From Girardia tigrina (taxonomy: Eukaryota): a DNA stretch of 64,000 nucleotides. The notes beneath the pieces are model-generated. The model was given only the letters and a program-made list of their open reading frames with translations. It did not search any database and was not told the DNA's origin. Where the stretch lies: contig MQRK01171274.1 of the NCBI GenBank assembly GCA_001938485.1, positions 1 through 64,000 on the forward strand. The letters are read 5' to 3'. Position numbers and translations under genes: made by a program. Below, piece after piece: positions 23,625 to 36,254 of the stretch (position 1 is its first letter; each line of letters opens with the position of its first letter).

Positions 23625-26600
23625 ACAAACCAATAATTCTTTAGCAGCTTCTCGATTCTTAATCCACATCTTGCCTTGACTCTGAGGATCTATTAATAGA
23701 GGATACCTGGCTGCAGATGTTACAATAATTCCATTTTGAATTGATAATTCATCATTTGGTAATCCTTGAAGATTCCATTCACTAATCTTAATTTTTTAAT
23801 CAAAGTAAAATTAAATTTTTAATTTTTATAAAATTACTGTTGGGGCGTCAGCTAACATTTTGATAATATCTAACCCATGAGTATATGGAATATCTTTTCT
23901 AACTAATTCAAGATTCCAAGTTGTTAATAATTTGACACGGAAATCTTGGTTAAATGGACCAGTGTAAGAAAGAAAGGCTGTACACAGAAGTATGTCACCA
24001 ACTAATTTCTTAATTTGATCTTTAAACAGTTTGCTTTGCTCAGTCCATCGAATTTTTTCACCAGAGAGTCCGTCTATCAAATGCTTGGCCGTGGTCATCC
24101 TCCTTCTGCAAGCTTCAGCATTATCAGCTAATTCTTGCTTTTTTCTCATAGCAGCATCATATTCTGCTCTAACTATAGCCAATAAGTCTTCTTTTTCTTG
24201 TAAAAGAGCTTCGGCTGTTTCCAAATCTTTATTAGCAAGATTTAATTTAATTTCTTGTTTTGCTAAATTATCTTTAAGGGGTAGAACCTCTTTGTTAACC
24301 CAATAAAACTTTTCCATTGCTCTAGTCCAACTTAGCAATCCAGCAACATTTCCACAAACCTTTTTAGCTGTTTCTAAATTATAATCTTCCATGTTCAAAT
24401 ATGGAGTTAACAGATCAACCACTTCTTCATTTATTAAATCTCGTTGAAAATTGAGAAGATTATTTAGGAAACCTGTTTGCGCCATCATTTTTAATGATTC
24501 TCCCCAACTTGGTTTATTGCAAGGTCTTTCGGGATCTCTAACAATTGTATCCATTCCTCTTTGCAAAAGTAGAAGCACGCAATCCATTATACGCATTATT
24601 AAATGTGGTGGCTTAGCGAGTTTTCTAACCGTTGAAATATCTGCAGGTTTAATTGTGTTAAGAGCTTCTTCAGCTTCCAATAAAGCGGGCCTAGCTGCTT
24701 CTAGTTTCGCTTCTGCAAATGCTTTATCTTCATTAATAGACATAACAATTTTAAGACATTTGTCCTTAACTTTTTGTACTTTATCTTTAACACCTTGTGC
24801 TGCTGCTGTTTGCTGCGTTACAACTTCCAGAACTTTTTCAGCTTCTTTATTAGCTACTTCTAATTCCTTTTCTTTTTCCGCCAGCTCAATACTTAACTCA
24901 GCTATAGACTGTTGAGCTTCAATTAGCTTTTGCAATCCTGAATCCATTCTTCTAGCTAATTCATTTATATAATCTTTTTTCTCTACGTAAACTTTTTGAT
25001 ATATTTGTAAAAAAGAAAGATAGGATTTTGGAGTCACATGTGTAACGCGACGGTATTTATCAAAATATTCAGTGCACTTACTGACAACATCATCATGAAT
25101 GAAAGAAACACTGGATATTATACCAATCTTTGTTTGAGGTTCACAAACCATTTCGAAATTACCCAAGTAATGCTCAGCAACTGCCAATAAGGCATCCTTT
25201 GGCCATTTCTGAAACCAGTCTACAATGCAGCCCGATATTAAACCAGGAAAATAAAGGGCTCGGGTTCGAAATTTCTGACCAACAGGAGAAAAACATAGTA
25301 CTACATGAAGGTTCTTGCGTACTCGACTGAAAAAGTATTCAACTAAATTTTCATTTGTCGGAGGCCTTTTTGGAAATTCCTTTTTCATTATTGGGATTAG
25401 TAATCCGGTAATTTCATCAAATTCATCTTTTTGAAAGAGGCCAGACACCTGATTATTATTATAAAATTTATTTAGATAACTTATAACATTATCTAAACAT
25501 CAATAAGTAATATTTTAAAAAAATTATCTTAACCCATTAAGTACCAAATGTTTTTGATAATTCGTTGATGTGGTTTGAAAATTTAACTCTTCACCAATTT
25601 AAAAAAAATAGAAATGAAAAAAATCCTTTAAAATCTTTAAAATCCCAGGTGGGAATATTGTTACAATAAGGCAAGACTTAGAAAAAAATGTGATATTTAT
25701 TTAAAAAATTAATGTTCCTTTTTGAAAACATTGGTAATTAATGGGTTACATTTGCCTTTAAGTATTTGGAAGATGTTTTATTGCTTTACAATTAAATATT
25801 TGAGAGGAATATTTTCCAATGGAGTTTATTACATGTTAATTTAGGATTGTGTTCTCCCACCCAAATGGAAGATTGATATCTTAAATGTTTTCAACCGTCA
25901 GATTATTTGGACAATTTTAAAATAGTAATAACAACTTTAAAATTAAATTAATGTATTTTAATCAATAAATATATAGTAATATTTTTATCAAAATATTTTA
26001 AATCTATTTGAAAGTGATTTAAAATGTTTAAAAAATAGATTATAAAGTAAAGATAATAATATAAATAAATAATATATTTAAAATTAATTAAAATTTTTTT
26101 GAATATAATTTAAAATTATTTTAGTAAGGAATTGTAATTTAAATTTGTTCGAATAATTAAAGGTTTAGAAATAGAAGTAAAAAAACTGTTTATCAAGAAC
26201 GATGTCTAGCTATGAATATTTTGTGGAGAATTGTCCTGAAGTTGGAGGCCATTCGAGTTGTGTGTCAATAAATGTATTGAAAATAATATTAGGTGTACAA
26301 GTATGAAATGCGGATTTCAGAAAACGGATTGTGCACAATGCAAAAAGTAGGTCAATGGTTAGGCAATGATGTCATAATATTGAGTAATTATGTAGTGTCT
26401 CATACGTAACTCATAAATTGATAAAGCGTTTTAATAATTGTTGTAAAACTGTGTTTTAGATGTCCAAATTTATGCCAAGCAGGGAGCATTCGCGGACGGT
26501 ACTAATTTTTTGTTACCATCTAAAGAAAACTGCTGCTGAATCATACCGATTACTCCAAGAAGCTTANNNNNNNNNNNNNNNNNNNNNNNNNNNNNNNNNN

Positions 26601-29600
26601 NNNNNNNNNNNNNNNNNNNNNNNNNNNNNNNNNNNNNNNNNNNNNNNNNNNNNNNNNNNNNNNNNNNNNNNNNNNNNNNNNNNNNNNNNNNNNNNNNNNN
26701 NNNNNNNNNNNNNNNNNNNNNNNNNNNNNNNNNNNNNNNNNNNNNNNNNNNNNNNNNNNNNNNNNNNNNNNNNNNNNNNNNNNNNNNNNNNNNNNNNNNN
26801 NNNNNNNNNNNNNNNNNNNNNNNNNNNNNNNNNNNNNNNNNNNNNNNNNNNNNNNNNNNNNNNNNNNNNNNNNNNNNNNNNNNNNNNNNNNNNNNNNNNN
26901 NNNNNNNNNNNNNNNNNNNNNNNNNNNNNNNNNNNNNNNNNNNNNNNNNNNNNNNNNNNNNNNNNNNNNNNNNNNNNNNNNNNNNNNNNNNNNNNNNNNN
27001 NNNNNNNNNNNNNNNNNNNNNNNNNNNNNNNNNNNNNNNNNNNNNNNNNNNNNNNNNNNNNNNNNNNNNNNNNNNNNNNNNNNNNNNNNNNNNNNNNNNN
27101 NNNNNNNNNNNNNNNNNNNNNNNNNNNNNNNNNNNNNNNNNNNNNNNNNNNNNNNNNNNNNNNNNNNNNNNNNNNNNNNNNNNNNNNNNNNNNNNNNNNN
27201 NNNNNNNNNNNNNNNNNNNNNNNNNNNNNNNNNNNNNNNNNNNNNNNNNNNNNNNNNNNNNNNNNNNNNNNNNNNNNNNNNNNNNNNNNNNNNNNNNNNN
27301 NNNNNNNNNNNNNNNNNNNNNNNNNNNNNNNNNNNNNNNNNNNNNNNNNNNNNNNNNNNNNNNNNNNNNNNNNNNNNNNNNNNNNNNNNNNNNNNNNNNN
27401 NNNNNNNNNNNNNNNNNNNNNNNNATGTATCATTAGTAATGGAGCATATTTTGAATAAAGCTTTTTTTATCGTTCTTTTGTTTTTAACGTATTTCTTTTC
27501 AAAATTTAATCCGCATTTCATACTTGTACACCTAATATTAGTGTTCTTAATAATATTAATTCTATCTTATAACTTTTTGAAAGATTTTTCTAACCATTTC
27601 ACAATGAAATTGAACACAGAATTGTTTAGGAAAATTGAAATATTATGAGTGTCGTTTCTTGTTCATAGAAGAGAAAAATTGTTTTCTCTGTTGTTGAACA
27701 AACCAATGTTCGGCTGGGAATCAGTTCGCACAATACACAGGTGACCAAACTTCAGACTGAGGGTCACTCCAGGAACGAGGATGTTTAAGTTGTTGCATAA
27801 CGGGTCACTTGGCAAAAATGTGCACGCAGCGCAATATCGACCTAGCAGAAAATCAGTAGAAGGTTCACATTACTGATTGGGTGGAGGTCCTGGGTAGGGT
27901 GAAGCGCAACTGTCATTTATTCTGGCAAACGTGTGCAAGAAGACCGCGATGGCGATGATTTCCACGGGATTTTTAACAATAGTCTTGGCAAAGCCAGTGA
28001 TTCTACCGGTAAAAGTGAACCGAGTGGAGGAATAGGTAAAAGTGATGGACAACTAGGTGGTGGGTATGCGATTTAGGGCGACCATACTGATCGAGTGCGC
28101 GGAAAGCGAATTGAATACCGCGTTCTAGTGGTATCGAAAGTTGTTGGGTAATTGGCTGAGATGCCTTTTGGTACGAATGTGATCAGTCAACTTTCAGGAG
28201 TATTGATATCAGGCAAAGGTGACACCTAAAATTCGAACGGATTTTTGATTTTATCTCAATTTCGTTATGATAAATCTAAAAAATTAAAAAAGTTTAATTT
28301 TAAACTATAAGTTTTGTATAAGAATTTTTTAATAAATTTTCGTAATAAAATTGAAATAAATAAGAATTTTTCAAAAATAAGAATTTTTTAGTTTTAAAAT
28401 AATTTTTAATATTTTAAATGATTTATATAAAAATTGTTTTAACGATTTTAGAAGTAAATATTTTTAGTTGTTTAAAACTAAATATTATTTTGGAATAAAT
28501 AAGATTGAATCAAAATTCGATGAAATATGATTTTTAATTTTGGGTTTTAAAAATTAATCAAAAAGTAAAAGCTAAAGATTATTTAAAACAGAAAGATTGT
28601 TGTATTGATTTTTAAATTAGTAAATGAAGTAGAAAAATTGTTTAGAATAAATATTATTATTTGTGATATTCAGATATTCAAGTTTTTATACAACTAAAAA
28701 TTAGTAAAATGTATACTTAGCATTTATTTTAAATAAATGATTTTATCTTACACTCTCAAATACCGAATATATTTTGTAAAAATCTTTGATCTTTTTTCAC
28801 TAGATAAGGCGCGATTTATTGGCGGAATTTAAAGATATTATAAAATAATTAACAAAAATGAACTTTTGTTTAAGTTTTAAAGAAAATGGGGAGCATTGTG
28901 AACAAGAAAAGAAAATGGACAATGTTGCTAGCATTTTCATGAATAAATCATTGAGAAGTTATTCATCTTGTTATATTTTTAATAGCATAAATAATGTTTT
29001 CTAAATTTGCATAAAGTAGAAATCTTTAACCGTTTCAAGACAACTTTTTTCTACAAATATCAGAAAGTGGAATAGTAAGTTTTTGAACGGAGGAACAATC
29101 TGTAGTGTGACAGCAGCATGATCATGACAAGCTCGAAATGGTAAAAGACGGAATATGCTGAATAAATCCCCCGGTACTTGAAAAGTCCAGTCTTGTGTTG
29201 AAATCTCTTGGGATATATTTATTGATTTTTAAATTAATGGAAGTAAACAAAAAAATTTTATACAAGAGAATAATAAATGCTTACCACACCAGAAGACAAA
29301 ATATTATTCATATACTCCAAAAAGGCTTCATCTTTAATTTCATTATCGGTAAATATAAATGTTGTTCCTTTACCTTCTTGTCCGGCAGATCGGTATAAGG
29401 ATTTTAGATCCTCGAGTAAATTTGATACATTGTAGCTTCTGTTAAAAGGGATTTTAGAAATATTAAATGAATAAAAAATTTCCAAATATAATATTATAAT
29501 ATTTTTTACAGGAAAACTTTAAGATTTTAAGAAACTAAATTATTTCTACATCAACATGGTTTTTCATGTATGCTGTGTTTTGGACTAAGAAGAACACTGT

Positions 29601-32600
29601 GATATTTTTCAATGACCTATTTTTTCGTGATTATAAGTAGAGCAATCATCAATAATTAAAGCTTTTTACGACATTTCCGGATAAATTGCATGTCGGATTG
29701 TTGCAAATAATCCTCAAAAATTGAGATGGTTTTCAATTTTTTTTAACAAAGAACAGAATATCTCTATAAACTTTTACTGTATGCTCATACATTTTCAAAT
29801 TGAACTAATCTATTCTACTTCTCTAAGTAATTTCCCTTCCCAATGAAGACCACGTCGTATGTATCAATTGTATACATTCGACTAGTAATAAAATCTTACT
29901 TACAGACTTATTTAACTACAAAAACTAATTTGCCTCTTACAACTTCTCGACGAAATTCTAGACATCAGTTTTTTTTAAAATGACCTTTGAATAAATTCTT
30001 AATTATATGTTTCCTACTTTTCTAACAATAAACTTTAATGTTTTAATAAATCATGCTATTAATTTTGCTACAATTAAAAATGTAAGTAATGTAGGCTCAG
30101 ATTACATCCTCAAAGTTAAGTTTAAAAGAAAAGTAAAGACAATAATAAATAACATTTAAAAAAAGTATTTTACCTTGTTAAGGTTATTTGAAAGGACTTG
30201 TAACCGGCAATATAGGCAGCCAACCGAGTTAGAGATTGTTTCCCGGATCCACCAACACCAACTAATAATGCATTTCCTAAAGGTGTACGTATGATCCTCG
30301 ATATTTTCACTAAATGAGCCATCGCATCAATAAAAAATACTAAATCCATTCCTGCTCCTCTAATAGATTCATTATATTGGCCCATAAACATCAGTAACCG
30401 GGCTTTAAGTTCATCTAAACCTTTTATCTAAGTTTAATGTTAATTTTACGTTATCTAAACAAAATAATACTGGTTCATATATTTTTGGTGCACTAAAATC
30501 AAAGTCTTCTGGTTCTTCGCCTGTTGGTTCCGGAGCATCTCTAGTAAAACGAAAACAATATTAAAATGTTATACTTTAAATTATTAACCTCAGAAAATCA
30601 ACAAAATACATAACATTTTCGATTTCAGCAGCGATATCTTCCGAAAATTCTTCTGACACCATTCTTTGAATAATTTTCACGAACCATATCTCATCCTCTG
30701 TACTCACGAAACGATCAGAGATTACCCTCATGCATTCATGTTTCCATAAACACATTAAGATAGTCGTATTGGAAATTATCTGTAAGAAATTTTTATTAAA
30801 ATCTTTTATATTTAATATTTTGTCAATATTTTTTTCAAACGATCACATAAACCAAAAAAACTGTCATTAATTTAAAATTTCATCTTTTAAGATGTACCGA
30901 AATTATACATAGAGACCCTTGGGCTTGTATTTTGTTGTCGCTTTCATGAACCTAATAAAGACTCTTTAATTTAATGCTCACGGGCCTTTTGTTTGGACAT
31001 TTAGAAAAAGCGCATAAGACAACAAAAATAAACAAATATGATAAATTTTCAAAAAAAATATTCACTGTTTTTAATGTCAGACGAAATTTATTAACAATTT
31101 GACTGATTATTATTCTTCATTTCTAATTTCATCATTTTCAAAGTCTTCTACTTTGGTGTAGGGCTGTGCCGGAATCCGGCTCAAATCCGGCTGGAGCCGG
31201 TTTTCGGTTCTCTCTATAAATCCGGCTGCGGCCATAATTTGGTCGGTTTTGAGCAAGATTTTGTAAGGGTATACAGATGTACAAATGTACAAAAAACCAA
31301 CTAAAAGCAATGTATTGAAAAAGGAATGCTTCTAGAAAATATTACATGAACTTCATTCCCTTCTTTGTTTAACACGTGTCAATCAATCTTTTTTACCAAG
31401 TTTTTCTTAGCTTGGTTTCTTGTCTGTTTGTCTGTCTGGAACAAATCTTGCGATTGATTTTTCGACCACTTTCAGTCATCCAATTGAGCTGAATTTTTTA
31501 TACAGGCTTGCTTCCGATGACAATACAATATTTTAAAACATTTACGGCTCTACATAAACCGCATATGCTATAATTTAACTTTATGAAAATTTTAACTTTA
31601 TGAAAAAAATCAATAATATTAATTAATATGTACAAAAAAATTATTTTGAAATAAAACTTGCTTTTATTAAAATAAAACTTTGTTATTTTGGTTTTATTAT
31701 CACTTCTGTTATTCGAAATCAATCGAAAGATTTGAATTTGAATTCCTAAATGATAACTAAAAATAGTTAAATAATATTATTAATAAAAAAAATTTTATAA
31801 AAACAACCACGTTTTTCAAGCATTACCAATGTACTAAAAAGAGGAAAATAATTTNNNNNNNNNNNNNNNNNNNNNNNNNNNNNNNNNNNNNNNNNNNNNN
31901 NNNNNNNNNNNNNNNNNNNNNNAGGTATAAAATTTCGCACATGTCTAGAAAAAAAATTATTTTCCTCTTTTTAGTGCATTGGTAATGCTTGAAAAACGTG
32001 GTTGTTTTTATAAAATTTTTTTTATTAATAATATTATTTTAAATTAGTATACCGCAACATCAGCTGTTGCAAGACGTAAGCACACGTTGGAATTCGATAT
32101 ATTATATGCTTAGTTGTTAGTGCTTATTATCTATTGTTCTGAGGTAGATGGTGCTGCCTCTTTGCATGCAAATTAATAGACAATAGGCGAAATTGCAGTA
32201 TCACTTTTGTATCTTTTCGATAAATGCACGCAGGAGGTTAGTGTAGAAGCTTTTTTTTGCTTTTTTTACGCAACATCCTGACAAAAGAAGAAAATGACGA
32301 GGGGCTAAAAAAATGAACTCAACTTTGCCGGACTAACACAGTAAACGTTTTTCTAACATTCAACAGGAACGATTATACTCTATGGCAATAATGATAGATC
32401 CTCTTTCTAAAACAAATTTTTCTCTTTGTCCAATATGAGAGCTGTAAATGCCAGTGTACTACTGTCTTTTAATATATTAAGAATGTTCATTAAACAAGTT
32501 CTATGTTGATTTCCTCCTATAACACTACTACAATGAAGTCTTTTGAACCACCCACTAAACAATCACGGATGGAGAGCTCTATACTTTGGGATAGTGTTGA

Positions 32601-35600
32601 TGAGATCGTCCAGTCAACACTCACATTTGCAGGCATCGAGTCAGAATTATGCCAGTACCTGTCTGAACCCGTGGTTTGATGGATAAAATATCCACTGAAA
32701 TGGTGAAAATATAATAAAGAGAGATTTCTGAGTTTAAAAAAGGTAGGTCGAGTGTACCTGGGATCACTTCCGACTAGTTTTTCATCTGAACGATTATTTA
32801 GTGTGGCAGGTGAAGTAATCAGTGATTACAAGAATAGTCTTCAAGAAAATGCTTCACGATTATTTTTTGTTGAAGTACAATTCTTATTTAATTAGAAATT
32901 AATGTTTGTATTTATATGTTTATTTGTTAAAATTGTAATAAAATGTTTCAAATAAATAATTAGCAGTTATTTATTATATGCAATTATTTTTTCTAATAGA
33001 TATAATTTCCAGCTATTCTTAAAAATGTTTCTTAAAGTTTGCATAAGTAGCTACTTACTTAAAGACGTTTTAATTATCAAAAAACTATAGATTTACTTAG
33101 AGGATATCTGAAAGAATTTAATATTATTTTTTACAGATATTTTATCCTCACCACACAATGGTGCAGCAATAATGGTTAAGTATGGAAAAACGATAGAAGT
33201 ATTTAGTCAATTATGTTTCCATCATGGAATCCATTTGGCTGTCTATGATGCTTTTTATAAGAAAAATTAATTAACTGAAGAAGAAAATGTATTTCAGGAT
33301 ATTTCATCAGAAAGCGAAAATGAAAGCAACGAAGATGACGATGGGGGTAAAACAAATAATGGAAACAATTTTTTTATTGACGGAAATATAAATTTTGAAA
33401 TGGAAATATAAACTATTTGTATTTATGCAGATATTGCAAAGATATTTGGAACTACAGGATTGCTTAGTGAAATGCGTAAAAAATTTATGACGCTCTCACG
33501 ACTGTTCAACTGACTTTTACAGCTGGTGAGCGGATATTCTCTTTAGCTGGTAATTTCGAGACAAATATTCGAAATCAGTTAAATGAAGAAAATTTTTATG
33601 GACCTGTTTTTAAAACATTATTTTTTACGAGCAAATAAATATTTATAATGAACTTTATTTTTTTAATTAATATCCTTTAAATATGCTAATAATATTCTTT
33701 GATTTAATACTTACATTTAATATCGCAACAAGGTCATGAAGTTATTGAAAGATAAAAATTCTTCTACTAAGTGGTCAACCGGTTAACCGGAATTTCGGTG
33801 AATTCTGGTGGTTCATCTCTTGCACATTTGTTCCATTAATTACGTAAAACATATTTAAAGTAAGCATAATTACTAATACAAAAGTGTGGACAAAGTATGT
33901 AGTTTTCCGTGGTATGACGACGGCTTTTAAAATATGATGTTCAAATATTTTTTATCAAGTGAGTCCAATATGACGAAAATTATGGAGGATTGAATCCCTA
34001 GCCATTACCTTCATGCAACAGAAATGTTTCGAAAGCAAACTAAACAGTTCTCCGTCTAGCATTAACTTACACATTAAATAAAATTTCAATTGATCGTGAA
34101 ATGTTGAATAAAATCTAATTACAAGGTGAAAATTAATCGCTTTTAATATATGCTCTTCCGACACCACATGACTCTGTTGTTGGCCGGATTTGATTTTATT
34201 TTTACTCAAAGATTTTATCGTGAAGAAATATAACGCCGATTCGTATAAAATCAACGCGCATCAATTAAGGATTAATGATTGCGTATTGATTAAGCGTCTT
34301 GGTAATGGAGCTTTTCTTAAGGTTTACATCGCCCAGCAGAACCCGACAGAGATAAACGTTTGACATGATAAAACACCTGAATAAAAACAAAATCCCATAC
34401 AGTCAACAAATTTATCAAAACAAATAAATAAAATAAAGTTTTTTTTTAAAATAAATAACTTATTCGATTTGAATTGAAATTAAATAATTTTTTAAAGTAA
34501 TCTTCAATAACCTTCTCAAACAACATTATACATGGAAAATTATAAAGAAAAAGATAATTAGTTTAATTGAAGTTATTAAAAATCAAACAAAATAGAGATT
34601 ATTTTTCATGCTTTATTTTTTATTGACAACAGTTTGAAAATAAAAACATTTTATAGGTTGTGTCATAAAACACGATGTTTTCTCTGACTCATCGTATAGC
34701 CTGGTTTTCTTTAATATGGACTGTAGGCAATCTATGCGACCGTTACATCTTCCACTTTGGAAGTGCTTTGAAAAGACAAGTATGAAACAAAAGAAGAATA
34801 GGAGGAATTTTTTCAACACTGGAGAAAGGAGCGGATTAGCTATAGTGTTTATATTAATACACGTATTTAAAAAAACGCAATTTTTACGACACAGCCTATA
34901 TCTGAAAATAAATTAAGGATCTTTTTCCTAGAAGCAATGGCAAATGATATATCAAAAGAAGGTCAAAGATCAAATGAAATTTTTCACAAAAAGATTAATG
35001 TTTGCAAATAAAAGTCAAATAGTGATGAAAAATAGTGATCAATGGAAAATTTTCAAACAGAATTAATGTATGAAAATAAAAGTGAAATATTTGAAAAAAA
35101 AGTAATAAAAAACGATGAGAGTTTGGAAAACTCTTTGTCACTTGGCTTTCAGAACACATCAAATAAATAACAATTCAAAATTGTCAAAAGATTCGAACAA
35201 TTTGAAAATAAAAGAATACCCAAGTAATTTGAAAGTGAAAGAATGTCGTAGGAAGTAGTTACAAGATAATGATTATTTGCGAAGGATCCAATGAGCTCAA
35301 ATTGTAGATCCTAAATTTTTGAAATTTGGCAATGCTCTATCGGATGTCTTTGATCAAACAATAATAATTGTCAGAGAATTAAGGAATTATGAAGAATTGG
35401 AAAACCAAAACGAAAAATGTTGGAAGTATTAAAAAAAGAACATTGGAAAAAGTTGAAGAAGAATAATGGAGTGATACGAACGCAGGAAAATTGAAAAAAG
35501 AGAAAAAAAGAGTACAATTCCGCAAACAATAACAACCAAATTGCTAAAAATTTAATATCAACCTCATTGGTGATGCGAAGAGAAATGTTTAAACGAATTT

Positions 35601-36211
35601 GTACATACAAAATTTTTATAATAAATAACGGTTTGTTAGTTGAAAATGTTTCTATGGTCTGAATGATCATTCTTTTTGTGGAAAAGAATTTGGTTATATC
35701 ATTTATAAAATGATCAAAAGACATTAAAAATGAATTGACATCAATACCGAAAAGAAGAAGAAAGAATTTTTTCCATGGAAGCAAAACAGTGAGAAAAAAG
35801 GATAAAAATAAAATTATGGGAAAAGAAGAGTCAATGGTTCGGTCAAGGAGCGGAGAAAATGGAACGGACAATGGTTTAATGGATCGAACAGAAGAATTAA
35901 TAAATAAACAGAAATTAAATAAAATTTAAAATTAAATAAAAAATTAACCCCCGACCGCATAGTGGACCGCATATGATCCAAAAAGCAATTAATATAAACT
36001 ACTTATAATTTAGAAGTAAATATCTTGCAATTAATATTGTTCAGGAACTCCTAATTTTCCGTTTTTTCCCAATTTGGAATCATAAAAAGTTTTTTCGATC
36101 AAATTTTTGCATAATCATTTATTGTCATCGAGAATGAGTAAGTGTGTAAAGTTTGAAGAAAATCGATCGAGTTAAAAAGCCTTAAAAACATGTTTCTAAA
36201 TTTCATGGATA

Positions 36212-36254
<43 letters not shown>

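Noticed and set aside
24031-25330. Plus-strand ORFs overlapping dynein exons (also 17768, 41510, 42460, 50152; and minus-strand 7102 within the transporter)
   Set aside because: Antisense shadows of real coding sequence
26550-27521. Long X-filled ORFs (also 14155-14601)
   Set aside because: Artefacts of translating N gaps
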